29,924 bases of DNA from Mayamaea pseudoterrestris (GCA_027923505.1 BROI01000004.1:1240001-1269924), one strand, 5' to 3'. Positions 1 to 10,376 are shown, counted from the stretch's first letter. Notes: generated by a model from the letters alone, not told the origin. Translations and numbers: made by a program.

Positions 1-771
1 GAAGCGCTGTTGACCTGCGACACGGCGTCACAATCGACACCAACGACTGACAATAATAGTATCACCGGTAGTTCCAATGGCGACAATGCAAGTACATCGG
101 CCGGCTCCATCTCGGACGAACTCGCCCGCGCCACCCGCACCAAGCGACTCTGGATGGCGCACGGTTTGCTGCTTTCCGTGTCGTGGGGCATTTTGACGCC
201 CCTCGCCATTGGCTGCAGCGTGCTGCGGCGAAAGCAGGGCGGCACCTGGTTTGTGTTGCATTCCAGTTTGAACAATTTGGTATTTTTGACGACAACCATT
301 GGTTTCGCCATTGCCGTGTACATTTTGGGCAAGGAAGGTGACCAGCACTTTTCTGGAGAGCGACATAACTTATTGGGGCTGTTCGTATTTTTGTTACTGT
401 TTGTTCAAGTCATGTCGGGTTGGTTTCGACCCAAGCTTCCCACGCATGCAGCGGCGGCCCGCAAGACGGTGGTCCAGCCCAACGAGGAGGAAGGTGAACA
501 TGTCGCCACGGACATTGTCTACGCCAATGACCAAGCAACCGCACCAAAGAAGAGTTGCTTGCGTCTCATGTTTGAAATGCAACATCGCATCCTTGGGCTA
601 GTGCTACTGATCCTGGCCTGGTATCAGGTGCACTTGGGCATTGAGCTGTACGAGGAGGAGTTTACGATGAACTTTAACGGCAAGGCCATCTTCTTTGGAG
701 TGGCTTTCACAATCACAGGTTTGATCATTTTGGCCAAGATTGCACTCATTGTACGAAATAGACGTCGCTAA
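1..771 (+). CDS. Cytochrome b561 domain protein (DOMON/CYBDOM-type), 5'-partial
   Basis: The frame is open from base 1. Five hydrophobic segments carry four spaced His heme ligands in typical contexts: AHGLLLSVSWGIL, WFVLH, HNLLGL..FRP, HRILG..LGI. A Ser/Thr-rich linker precedes them, so an extracellular domain probably lies upstream of the window. Confidence 0.85.
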   Translation, partial: EALLTCDTASQSTPTTDNNSITGSSNGDNASTSAGSISDELARATRTKRLWMAHGLLLSVSWGILTPLAIGCSVLRRKQGGTWFVLHSSLNNLVFLTTTIGFAIAVYILGKEGDQHFSGERHNLLGLFVFLLLFVQVMSGWFRPKLPTHAAAARKTVVQPNEEEGEHVATDIVYANDQATAPKKSCLRLMFEMQHRILGLVLLILAWYQVHLGIELYEEEFTMNFNGKAIFFGVAFTITGLIILAKIALIVRNRRR

Positions 772-1180
772 GTGAATGTAGAGTAGATTTACAGTTTGTC
801 ACGTTACTCACTGGTATAGACGATATTGATAGACCAAACGACATAGCATAATTTACATGCATGATCCCTTCAATTTATCGTCATTGCTATGGTTGCCTTT
901 CGTCATCATTCTACCGTATGTGTAGCAAAAGCGAGCGACTTGCTCATTGAGTTATTTATTTTCCTTCGCAATAAATTCGGCCCTCGCCAACCTAGCAAAA
1001 ACGGTTGAGTACCAGTACGATGCAAAACGGGACCCACTTTCGACGGAAATTTCCTTGCTCGAAAACCGCACTTCACCATGGAAGAAAATCATTGACAGTA
1101 ACACAGCGTTCACAACATTTGGACAAGCTCATTTTGCTCGCAGCTAGAGATTAGTGTCGCAGATCAGCCTTGAAGCAAGC

Positions 1181-2716
1181 ATGACGTGGGATGATTTAGC
1201 AGTAGCGAAAACAACGGAGCTCACAAGAATTTGGATGTTTGCCTTTGGATCTCGAGGCGACGTTCAACCGTACGTGGCCGTGGCTCATGGACTAGTCAAG
1301 CGTGGCTACAAAATCACCTTCTTTTGCAACGCTCCCTCCTTTGCCAAATTTGCCGCATCGTTTGGATGCAAAGGCGTTTCCATGTGCGACAAGGAGGCGG
1401 ACGTGTACATGCGCGAGAATCCTCGCATGATGAAGGCCATGATGACGGGCAACGTCATGGTCGTATTCCAAGGACTCAAGGAAGAGACGAAACAGTCGGT
1501 ACCAACATATTGCGAAGCGTTTCTCAAGGAACTGAATGCGCAAGGTCCACCAGATTTATGCATGATCATGCCGCTCACCAACTACTTTGGCTGGTACCTG
1601 GCCATTCGTCACAAGGTTCCCTTTTTCCCAATGTCAACGTATGCAGCAGTCTACAATCCGGAACATCCGCCGTTTGGACTTCCGAAACTACCGTTTGGTT
1701 TGACAAAGTATTTGTTTCAAAACATTGTGCTCAAGGCCGTCTACGACGGCGTCAAGGGCTACGACAATTACCTCCAGGCGAACATTTTGGACCAGTATCC
1801 TTGGCCGCTCTTTCAACGTAACATTTTGAATCGCGTTTCTCCAGTCTTGATTCTTGGATCCTTTGAGATTGCCAAAGTACTGGCTGGAGGCGCGGAGCAA
1901 TTTCCGCGCGACAAGCTGATAACCGTTGGAACGACGGTCATTGAGCAAGACTTGCAGCTGCAACAGATTGATAACTTTGGCGGCCAGCACGAGTTTGATC
2001 GCCTTCAACAGTTCCTCGACAACGGCGAAAAACCCGTCTATCTTGGATGGGGAAGCATGATTAGTCAATCGTCCGAATTCATGGTCCAGTTGTGCGCGCG
2101 AGCTGCGTTTCGTTCCAACCACCGGGCCGTTGTTCTCGGAGGCTTTGCCAATCTTTCCATGGAGCTGCTTGCGTCGACCAACATTGAACCGCACGTCTTG
2201 GAGTATGCCAAGAAACATCTCTTGTTTGTCAAGCAGGCGCCGCACGAGTGGCTCTTTCCGCGCGTCTCCGTCATTGTACACCACGGTGGCGCGGGCACAA
2301 CGACGGCTGCCCTCCGCGCCGGTGTACCATCCGTCATTACGCCCGTGTTTGCGGATCAGTGGGACTTTAGCTACTTTTTGCGCAAGACTGGCGTTGGCAT
2401 TGGTTTCGACAAGCAGTTTCAAAAGATTACGAGTAATGAGCTTGGAGACGCTATACGCAAAGCTGCGAGCGACCAGGAGATGAAACAAAAGGCAGTAGCA
2501 TTGGGAGAAAAACTTCGCGCCGAGAATGGCGTTGCACAAGCAGTATTGGAGGTGGAGCGCTTTTGGGAAGACAGTTGCATATCGGGCACGTTTCACAGTC
2601 GCTTCCCTGGAACTCTTCTGTCAAAGCGCTTTACCGAGTCTATTTGGTTTCGCAGCAGCTTGGTGTTGGGAGCTGCCATTATCTTGGCGCAATTGATTGC
2701 GTTCATACAGTGGTGA
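1181..2716 (+). CDS. UDP-glycosyltransferase, sterol 3-beta-glucosyltransferase (UGT80/ATG26)-like
   Basis: N-terminal GSRGDVQPYVAVAHGL, VYLGWGSM, and the UGT signature APHEWLFPRVSVIVHHGGAGTTTAALRAGVPSVITPVFADQ. C-terminal hydrophobic anchor. First ATG is at 1181. Acceptor specificity is inferred. Confidence 0.88.
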   Translation: MTWDDLAVAKTTELTRIWMFAFGSRGDVQPYVAVAHGLVKRGYKITFFCNAPSFAKFAASFGCKGVSMCDKEADVYMRENPRMMKAMMTGNVMVVFQGLKEETKQSVPTYCEAFLKELNAQGPPDLCMIMPLTNYFGWYLAIRHKVPFFPMSTYAAVYNPEHPPFGLPKLPFGLTKYLFQNIVLKAVYDGVKGYDNYLQANILDQYPWPLFQRNILNRVSPVLILGSFEIAKVLAGGAEQFPRDKLITVGTTVIEQDLQLQQIDNFGGQHEFDRLQQFLDNGEKPVYLGWGSMISQSSEFMVQLCARAAFRSNHRAVVLGGFANLSMELLASTNIEPHVLEYAKKHLLFVKQAPHEWLFPRVSVIVHHGGAGTTTAALRAGVPSVITPVFADQWDFSYFLRKTGVGIGFDKQFQKITSNELGDAIRKAASDQEMKQKAVALGEKLRAENGVAQAVLEVERFWEDSCISGTFHSRFPGTLLSKRFTESIWFRSSLVLGAAIILAQLIAFIQW

Positions 2717-3036
2717 ATGCCCTACGGTAGTTCCCTTGCAAAGAGTGACATTAACTACCGGTAGCTGAAACTGTGAAAAGCGCCAGCCAAACATTAAAAT
2801 GGCTGCAGCAGGAGCAAGAAGCGAAGACGACACTTTATAATACTTGATATCAATAGAATATATGTGTTGTATGATATACATATGTTGCTGGCCAACTCAC
2901 AGTCAACCTAGGAATTCTCCAGCTGCTGCTACTCGAGGCATAGCTGGTATCGCTGCGCTGAACAGGCGACTGTGCTGTTTCCTCGACGAAATTCGAAACC
3001 CAACGCAACGCGGAGGAACGACTCGCGCGTGTCACC

Positions 3037-5034
3037 ATGAGAGGCATCAACCGTCATTACGAGAGTCGTTATCATAGTCGTCCAGTACCTCGGCTTGTAT
3101 CAACCGTGAACATGCTCGAAGAGTATCCATCACTTGCTGCTACGCCAGGGCGCTCATTGATAGACGGCGACAACGACTCGTGCCGAAGACAACCTCATCA
3201 CAACGACATGGGCAACGACGAAGACCATGAACTGGAATCACACTTGGAGATGCAGCCGGATGAATCCGAAGTACTACTCTTGTCTTCCGAAAGCAGTAGC
3301 GACTTGGATTCGTCAAGCGACTCGCTGCTCCATTCCTGCTTTCATCGCTTGCGTTCCTGCTGCACCTTGCCACCAAAGTCACTCTGCGCCAGCGCGCCTC
3401 GTGCTTGGAGCGTCCTGATTCCACTACTCTGTCTATGTAATCACTATCTATTCTTCGTCGGCCAAACGGAACCAATGTGGAAATTGAATTTCGCTGCCGA
3501 CATTAACGTTTGGTACAATGCCACGGGCCTGGAAGCCAAGGCGGCCTACTACTCGCTCGGTTTCGATCAAGAGACGCATGTAGTCTATAGCAACGACGAA
3601 GCAGTCAAGCAATTCACGTATGCCAACGCCATTCAGGAATTGTACCAGGCCAATGGTATTCCGGGAAACGCGCAATTCGTTCCGAAACTGGCGGCAGTTT
3701 TATTGATTCTCTTTTCCGGAATTTGGCCGCACTTGAAACTATGCATGCTGTCACTCACGTGGCTATGTTCCACCAACTCTCAGCGACGAGGCAGCATTTT
3801 GCAGTGGCTGTCCACACTGGGCAAGTGGTCGCTGGCCGATGTCTTGGTGGTTTGCGTCATGGTGAGTGTACTCAACTTAGATTGGACGCTGGATCCAAAT
3901 GCCACCATGAATGGTTTCGTCCACCAAGTGCCACTGCTCATTGATATAGTGCGTCATGCATACTCGGTCCAAGACGTTTGCAACTATTTGCTACATTTAG
4001 ACTGCGGCAATTCGCAAAATAGCTGGACCACGCGCGCCAAGTGTAAGTCGTGCATCAACTTTTTGCAAATCGAGTTTGATCACCCGGCCACCACGCGCAC
4101 GAGCTTTGCCGGTATTGCCAAGGGCGTCCAATCGTCGGGCGGCGGTGTCGCGCAACTGCAGGTGCAAGGCGTGAGTGGAATCTACTACTTTTGCGTGGCA
4201 GTGATACTGTCCATACTCTCGTCGCTACTGGTGGATGTGTTTGACGTGAGGGCGCAACAGCGGGAGCGAGTGGCGCAAGCGGAACACAACTTTTATAGGT
4301 ACGCGCGACTATCGGGTGGATCGCATGATGAGCAAGATGACGTGGAGCAAAACCAAGTAGTCATGTTGGAACGACGCCAGGCGCAGCAGCGTCGATTGGT
4401 GGCGGACGAATCTGTCATGTACGAAACATTGCGGCCGTCGGGATCGCTCTCGGTGGATTCCGCGTGCGCCAAGTATGGACTCGTTCTGCTTTCCACCGTG
4501 ACGAGTCTCATGGTCTTGCTGGGCGCGCTGGTGCATACGTTGGAGCGGAAAGTGACGGGCGCCATTCCGCAACTCATGCACGATATTCTGGGCATTGCCT
4601 GGGATCGCGAGTTTTCGTTTGCGACGCTCGTCGGAGTCACTGGAGCTGCGGGTGGTTGGGATTGGCTGCTCATGGCGACGTTTGCCTTGTTTATAATCAT
4701 TGGACCGATTCTGCGAGCCATCCTTTGCGTGCTTGCCTTGGCGCAGGCTGATGACAATTCGACGTTTCGATTGCGGCTACATACAGCGATTGACTTTATA
4801 GGAGCCTTTTGCGCATGGGAAGTCGTGGCGCTTGCCTGCTACCTCGTCAGCCTCATCATGCCGTTGGCTACCTCGACAATTATCACGAGGCCCGAGTGCG
4901 CCAAGGTTGACAGCAGTGGGTCATGCTTGGAGGTATCCTTTGACTTGCAAAACCATTTTTGGATGGTGATTGTCGGCGGCAGCATGCTCGTGTTTTCGGC
5001 GTACTGCTGTCATTTGATTCTGCCGCATCGGTAG
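3037..5034 (+). CDS. PqiA/LetA-like (paraquat-inducible protein A) multi-pass membrane protein with two repeats
   Basis: Repeat 1 has LILFSGIWPHLKL and LGKWSLADVLVV (compare bacterial PqiA GRWSMLDVFVV), followed by a GIYYFCVAVILS helix. Repeat 2 has FIIIGPILRA and IGAFCAWEVVAL. About 8 TM segments. The start could be a later ATG (3112 or 3208). Confidence 0.72.
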   Translation: MRGINRHYESRYHSRPVPRLVSTVNMLEEYPSLAATPGRSLIDGDNDSCRRQPHHNDMGNDEDHELESHLEMQPDESEVLLLSSESSSDLDSSSDSLLHSCFHRLRSCCTLPPKSLCASAPRAWSVLIPLLCLCNHYLFFVGQTEPMWKLNFAADINVWYNATGLEAKAAYYSLGFDQETHVVYSNDEAVKQFTYANAIQELYQANGIPGNAQFVPKLAAVLLILFSGIWPHLKLCMLSLTWLCSTNSQRRGSILQWLSTLGKWSLADVLVVCVMVSVLNLDWTLDPNATMNGFVHQVPLLIDIVRHAYSVQDVCNYLLHLDCGNSQNSWTTRAKCKSCINFLQIEFDHPATTRTSFAGIAKGVQSSGGGVAQLQVQGVSGIYYFCVAVILSILSSLLVDVFDVRAQQRERVAQAEHNFYRYARLSGGSHDEQDDVEQNQVVMLERRQAQQRRLVADESVMYETLRPSGSLSVDSACAKYGLVLLSTVTSLMVLLGALVHTLERKVTGAIPQLMHDILGIAWDREFSFATLVGVTGAAGGWDWLLMATFALFIIIGPILRAILCVLALAQADDNSTFRLRLHTAIDFIGAFCAWEVVALACYLVSLIMPLATSTIITRPECAKVDSSGSCLEVSFDLQNHFWMVIVGGSMLVFSAYCCHLILPHR

Positions 5035-5411
5035 CACATTGTTATCGAGGTATTTAGTCAAGTCCACACGTTCGTTCTTTCAGTTGCATGCCCGAGATGT
5101 GCTAGGATATCGTTGGTTACATTTAGCAAGGAACATAGCAGAGAGTAAATATTTTGTTATCATCGTTTGCGACGAGTCGGTTTATTGGTGAGCTGGCCAT
5201 GACTGCAAAATACTATTTACAACATTTAGAAAGCACTTTAACGCTTTGATGCATCATACTAATCTTCACATCTCGCAATCTTATTTTGTTCTTTAATAAA
5301 TTGGTTATTTCTATGTTAAATTGGATGAACATGCCCGCATGTTCTATTTAAATGCTCCAAAAGTGAGTCTTCGCCAATCTTGCACAAACATGCCCACAAT
5401 CCATTTCCCAC

Positions 5412-7380
5412 CTACTCGTACGTCAATCGAGCCTTTAGAACATCATTCTCCTGACTCAAACCTAAGTTTTGCAATGCGATAATCACAACGCTCATATTGT
5501 CGCGTGTCTCCAGACGCAAGCATTCGTGCAGCAGGTCATCAGCAGCTCGCGCCAAGGCAAAGACATCACCGTCCGCAACGCCCGCTTCCACACGACGCAC
5601 AACGAAATCCGCCACTTGCTCGTTCGACATGACGTCAAAGACGCCGTCGCACGCCAAAACTAGGAACCGATCCGTGTCAGATCGTCGGTGGACAATAATC
5701 TCTGGCATGACGGTGACCGCTTGATCCGTCGCCGGTAGATCTTTGTTGTTTTTGAATTCAAAGTCTCCAAAACTTCGAGACATACCAAGCGAGGAAGTGG
5801 ACAGACCAGTGTATATCACTTTACCGTTAAAGATTTCGATACCGGCCTTGCGAATTCGTGCCTCTTCAACTGGAAGATCCGGCTTGTGGTCAACACTGAG
5901 CGGTTTGACGCCAAACGAAACTGATTTCGTCTCGTCAGTCGCAATGGAAAGCTTGGCCAAAGATTCGCTAAGGTCTTCTTGAGCGGCAGCGCTATGGATC
6001 AGAATGCATCGACTGTCGCCAGCTGTTGGCAATTTGTTGATACGTGTGAGTGATTGTATGTGGCGCGACAGGATTAACAAAAGGTAACGTACCATTCGCC
6101 ACCAAAATCTCATCTTGCGTCACGACAGCAGTGACACACGTACTTCCACCGGAAATGCCTTCTGCTCGTAGCTTATCATCGACTGCGAGGAAAGCCTCCT
6201 CCATGCTCTTCGACAAGTCACCGTGACTCAGACTCTGCTCATTAAATTCGTCAGGCAAATGCTCCGAGACAAACTTGCTCACCAAACCGCCGTCCGCATG
6301 ACCATCGCAAATACCCACAATCACCTTGGTGTCATCCGCATAGGTTATTTTGGCATCCTCCATTTCGACGCGAATGCCCGGCATTTCGGAAAATGCAATC
6401 TGCATGTCGTTCAACGGCGCAACAATGATACGCTCCTCCACCGATCCTTGCTCGCCTATAATACACGGATCATTCAAATCAAACAGCTCCTCCTTGATGA
6501 GATTTTCGTACACTCTGCTTCGCTGCGTCGTTGGTGACAGCAAGCCTTCCGCCAGCGCCGATTGGTTCAAAATATTCTTGGCGTTCAACGGAATTCCAAA
6601 GTCAATCATTCTCTGCTTCAAGTAACTCACAATCTCACCATGTCCCTTGGACGCTGCAATATGCAACGGCGTATGTCCAGAAATGTTGGTTTGCACAAGC
6701 TGCTGGGCGGCATATTGTTCCGGCTCGTGCTCCAGCAGAATGCGACAAGCCACCAACCATCCCTTGTGGCAGGCCGCCATGAGCGGCGTGTACCCATCCG
6801 GAACGACGGCTCCAACGCCAAGCTTATGCGCCATGCGTCCATTGACGAGAAAGTCTGGATTCTGCGCCACCAGTTTGCGCAGCTTTAATTCGTTTCTAGC
6901 GTCAATCTCCTTGGCGACTGGCATGAAGATTTGAAAGAGCTGCTTGACGGGAGCAAGCAAGCGAAACTGCGGCGACTGAATGAGAGCCGTCTGCGAAACT
7001 GCCACGAGAATCTGATTCACAGTCGTTTCGGCGACTGGTGTCTTTGGATTGGCGCGCTTGCTGGCAGTCGTTGGCGTGCTAATGTATCGCAGCTGCTGCG
7101 ATGAGCGAGGCGTCGATGCGACCGCACTGCTTGGAGCGGGAGTCGACTGAATCGACTGATCGAACTGAACTACTGGAGGAGTTGCAACAAATGGAGCGCT
7201 CTGAGTGGGAGTGTTTGCTGCTTCTGCACCAGGCGTCGTCTCGTCCATCTTGTCGCTGGGATTAGGACTGGGAGTGCCGAAACCAACTTCAGAAGCGTCC
7301 GATTCGAGCTGCATCGCCTGCTCGCCACCATTGTCAGATGAAGAGGCAATTTGATCCATCGGCTCGGCCGACTCTTGCAT
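5412..7380 (-). CDS. Ankyrin-repeat protein phosphatase 2C (PPM family), 2 exons: 7380-6093 and 6022-5412 (632 aa)
   Basis: Ankyrin motifs GYTPLMAAC and GHTPLHIAASKG. PP2C motifs RVEMEDA, DGH, DHKP, MSRSFGD, LACDGVFDV and DNMSV. Removing the 70-nt GT..AG intron at 6092-6023 restores the conserved ANAGDSR motif in frame. Confidence 0.93.
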
Positions 7381-7965
7381 CCTCGAAAAATCACTTGTTC
7401 AATACCGTCGATATGCTCTCCCAGATGGTGCAGAAATATAATGAAGCGTCGGGTGGATGGATGTGTGGTTTTGGCGATGGTCGTCGTTTTGGATGAGAAG
7501 AAAGCTTTTAATGCCGCATCAATGTTTAGCTACTTTGTTGCTGTCTGTGCAAGGAGAGCGTTAACAAGCTTGAAGGACATGCTAGAGGCTTAAAGGCAGT
7601 AACAATTACCAAGACGAATACCAAAGTGGTTAAACAAGAGTATCATACTTCATTGAGTTTAAATTGTCCACATGTGCCGCAGCTTCAAAACCACAGGTTG
7701 TGTGCATGCTCGAGGCGAACATTTCATGCAGCAGCATGATTGCAGTCTCTATTATTGTACTCCATCACAAATATGTTCCGTCAATGACTTGTCTTATTCG
7801 TGGCGAGGGTGATGTTTGATTGGTTTGTTGGTAATAAGGTGTGCTGAGCGATTGAAAGGCATACCACCGTAGCTGCAGCACAACTACTTTTCCGCAGAAT
7901 TTCAGTAACATATCAATTATAGACTTCCACTAAACGTAAGTGCGAGTCATTCTTATTTATCTTAT

Positions 7966-8830
7966 TTACTGCTTACTAGCACTACTCTCCTTTGCCTTTT
8001 GCGCCTCCAGTGCCCGACTCAGTTCCTCCAGCGCCTTGCAGGCCTCGGCGGCAGCCTCCTCCACCGCGCACTCGTCATCCGAAAGGCCCCCGCCCAAACT
8101 GTTTTGCAGACCCGCCGATGCAATCTCCTCGACGACATCCCACGCCACCTTGGCGTCGGGACTGGTGGGGCCTTGCTCCTGCGAAATGCGCTTGGCCTCG
8201 GCCAGTGCGGCGCGGAGCTCGGGTGAGTCGGGTGCGGCCTTTCCAGTGCTGCTCGACATTTTGAGTTTGATCGAAGCCATTTCATCGGCGACAGCTTTCA
8301 AGCTGTTGATTTGTGGCGTCGTCTTGGCTAAAACCTGCGCCAGCTCGTCGAGCTTGCTGCCGTAGTCGACGCAGGCCTTGGAGATTTCCTCCTCCACGAG
8401 GCACTCCGTGTCGAGGGAGGGAATGTCAAAGGCGTTCTTGCTGTGTATGCGAATGAAAGAGAAAAATGAAATATAAAGGTGAGTGATATTTATAAGAAGG
8501 TAAAAAACGTGTAGCAGCTTTTGCCGTAGATTCATTCTATATACACTCTCATTCATTTTCAACAAATCCATTTTCATCATATACTTACGCATTGTTCGCC
8601 GCACTCAGTTCTTCGACATTGTCCCAGGCCACGGCCGCCTCGGGACTGTGGCTTCCAAATTCCTTGGAGATGCGCATGGCTTCCGCAATGGCGGCACTGG
8701 CGTCCGGGCGCTGCGTCGTGGCATGCAGGCGTGAAGCAGATGGTCGAGTGGTTGACGTAACAACAGCAAAGGCAGATGCAGATGAAGCAGCTCCAGATAA
8801 TAGGATAAAGGCAAGAGTTGACTTGATCAT
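7966..8830 (-). CDS. CP12: Plastid-targeted CP12-domain protein with two CP12 repeats, 2 exons: 8830-8589 and 8440-7966 (238 aa)
   Basis: Signal peptide ending ASA|FAV. Two CP12 cores (AAVAWDNVEELSA and AKVAWDVVEEIAS), each followed by a Cys pair. A 148-nt GTAAGT..CAG intron (8588-8441) joins the two ORF-track pieces in frame. Confidence 0.88.
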
Positions 8831-9131
8831 GGTATGTTTGTGTATATAAGAGAGAGAGGTTTTGGTTACGTCGTTTCGATTTTTGAAAATGGGGCCGCTG
8901 AACGAGTGAACGAGTGGCTTCGTCGGCATTCTGCTCGAACGACATGGAAGATCAAGCGACGTCTGTCGAAAGATCCAGCGAGCGCTAAAGAGTGACATAC
9001 TGTCGCTTTAGTGTAAGACAGCTACTCATGAGCGCACTTGTGCATGCCGAAACGCTCGACCATGGAGAGAAACGTCACAGCTGCGGCTTGATCCAAAACA
9101 CACCAGCGACGGCCAGGTCAGAAGCTGCACC

Positions 9132-10376
9132 ATGGCAACGAAAGTTTCCAAATCCTTCCAACTAATACTACTGCTGCTAATTTCGATAGCCTTTGATCAA
9201 GCATACTCATGGTCTGCCTGCCATATACAATCGCATTGCCGCTTTCAGCAGCGTCAATATCGGAACGAGCGTGACCGACGACGACAAACATGCCAATCTT
9301 CTTCACAAGACAATTATGAGCCTTCTGCAATGAAGGGGCGGGCTGCCCAAATAGCCGGCGTTTCGCTATCGCCGTCTGGTTTCTACGTCCTGCTGGAATG
9401 TTCGGAATCGGCATCATCCAAGAGTAGCAGCAATGATAACAACAATACACTCATTCTACCCATTCAAGTCACCAATGACTCGCGCGACGTTCATCAAGCG
9501 TCCAGTCCCCAGGCGTTGACGCTGCTGCAGCTGCTGGCGGCGCCTCTACCAGTCGACATGGCGGGTCCAGTCTTTCCCGTGGAAACGCTCACGAAACTGA
9601 TTGTTGTGCAGAGCGACTTGGAAACGAGTACCAACGAGCAAGAATATCAAGAGCAGCAGCATCCAATCATAAACTATTTGCAATCAAACATTGCCCAGCA
9701 GCTGCAAAGTCGCTTCAACGTTTCCGATTCATCGTGGCGCTACAGTCAGCAACCCGATTGGATACAAGCTCGCCTGTCGCTGCCTCTATGTTCGCTCCAT
9801 CGAGTGCAGCTACACGTACACAACGATAGCATGATTTGGTACTTGACGGTGCGAGCGCTTGACATGCCAGTAGCGTCGTCATTGTCAAGTTCATCAAGTA
9901 CCTCTACTTCTACATCTACATCTTCAACAGCAGCATTGTCATCGAACAGTTTGACGTTTGCTCCCAGCGAGCAAGCATTGCGTCAAGTCGTTTGGCGCGA
10001 CGACGAAACCAACGACGAACATTGGAATCCGCAGGTGGCAGCCGCCTTTACATGTTTGGCACTCGCCCTGCGCTACAAGGCGCCCATATTCTTGACGCAG
10101 TCACCTGATACAGCGAGTCCATTCATTTCCAAATCCGACGTTTCAACTCACTTTCCACTATACAAGAGCCAGGACGAGCTGGTGCAAGCACCAACACGCG
10201 TCCACCGCAACATTGAAACGGGGTTTGCCATTCACAAGCTGCAGGCAGCCTTGCAACTGGCCATGCAGAAAGGCGATGTTGCGGCGGCGCACAAGATTCG
10301 TGCGCGTTTGGACGAAATGGATTCCATGCAAGACTTGCCCGTGCAGGCGGAACATGATTTGGAGAATATGCAGTAA
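9132..10376 (+). CDS. Bifunctional nuclease (DUF151/BFN)-like protein with C-terminal UVR-like helix pair, probably plastid-targeted
   Basis: Signal peptide ending AYS|W. GFYVLLE..LILPIQV resembles the BFN N-terminal strands. CLALALRYKAPIFL resembles the BFN motif DAIALALRxxxPI. LQAALQLAMQKGDVAAAHKIRARL resembles a UVR motif. Confidence 0.6.
   Translation: MATKVSKSFQLILLLLISIAFDQAYSWSACHIQSHCRFQQRQYRNERDRRRQTCQSSSQDNYEPSAMKGRAAQIAGVSLSPSGFYVLLECSESASSKSSSNDNNNTLILPIQVTNDSRDVHQASSPQALTLLQLLAAPLPVDMAGPVFPVETLTKLIVVQSDLETSTNEQEYQEQQHPIINYLQSNIAQQLQSRFNVSDSSWRYSQQPDWIQARLSLPLCSLHRVQLHVHNDSMIWYLTVRALDMPVASSLSSSSSTSTSTSTSSTAALSSNSLTFAPSEQALRQVVWRDDETNDEHWNPQVAAAFTCLALALRYKAPIFLTQSPDTASPFISKSDVSTHFPLYKSQDELVQAPTRVHRNIETGFAIHKLQAALQLAMQKGDVAAAHKIRARLDEMDSMQDLPVQAEHDLENMQ

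Noticed and set aside
1688..2596. 302-aa minus-strand ORF, and similar shadow ORFs such as 15736-16368 and 28033-28998
   Set aside because: These are antisense shadows of better-supported genes on the opposite strand and have no recognisable motifs.
5673..5683. CGTGTCAGATC resembling the LTR-end motif
   Set aside because: It lies within intact PP2C coding sequence and lacks the ACAGTCTTG core.
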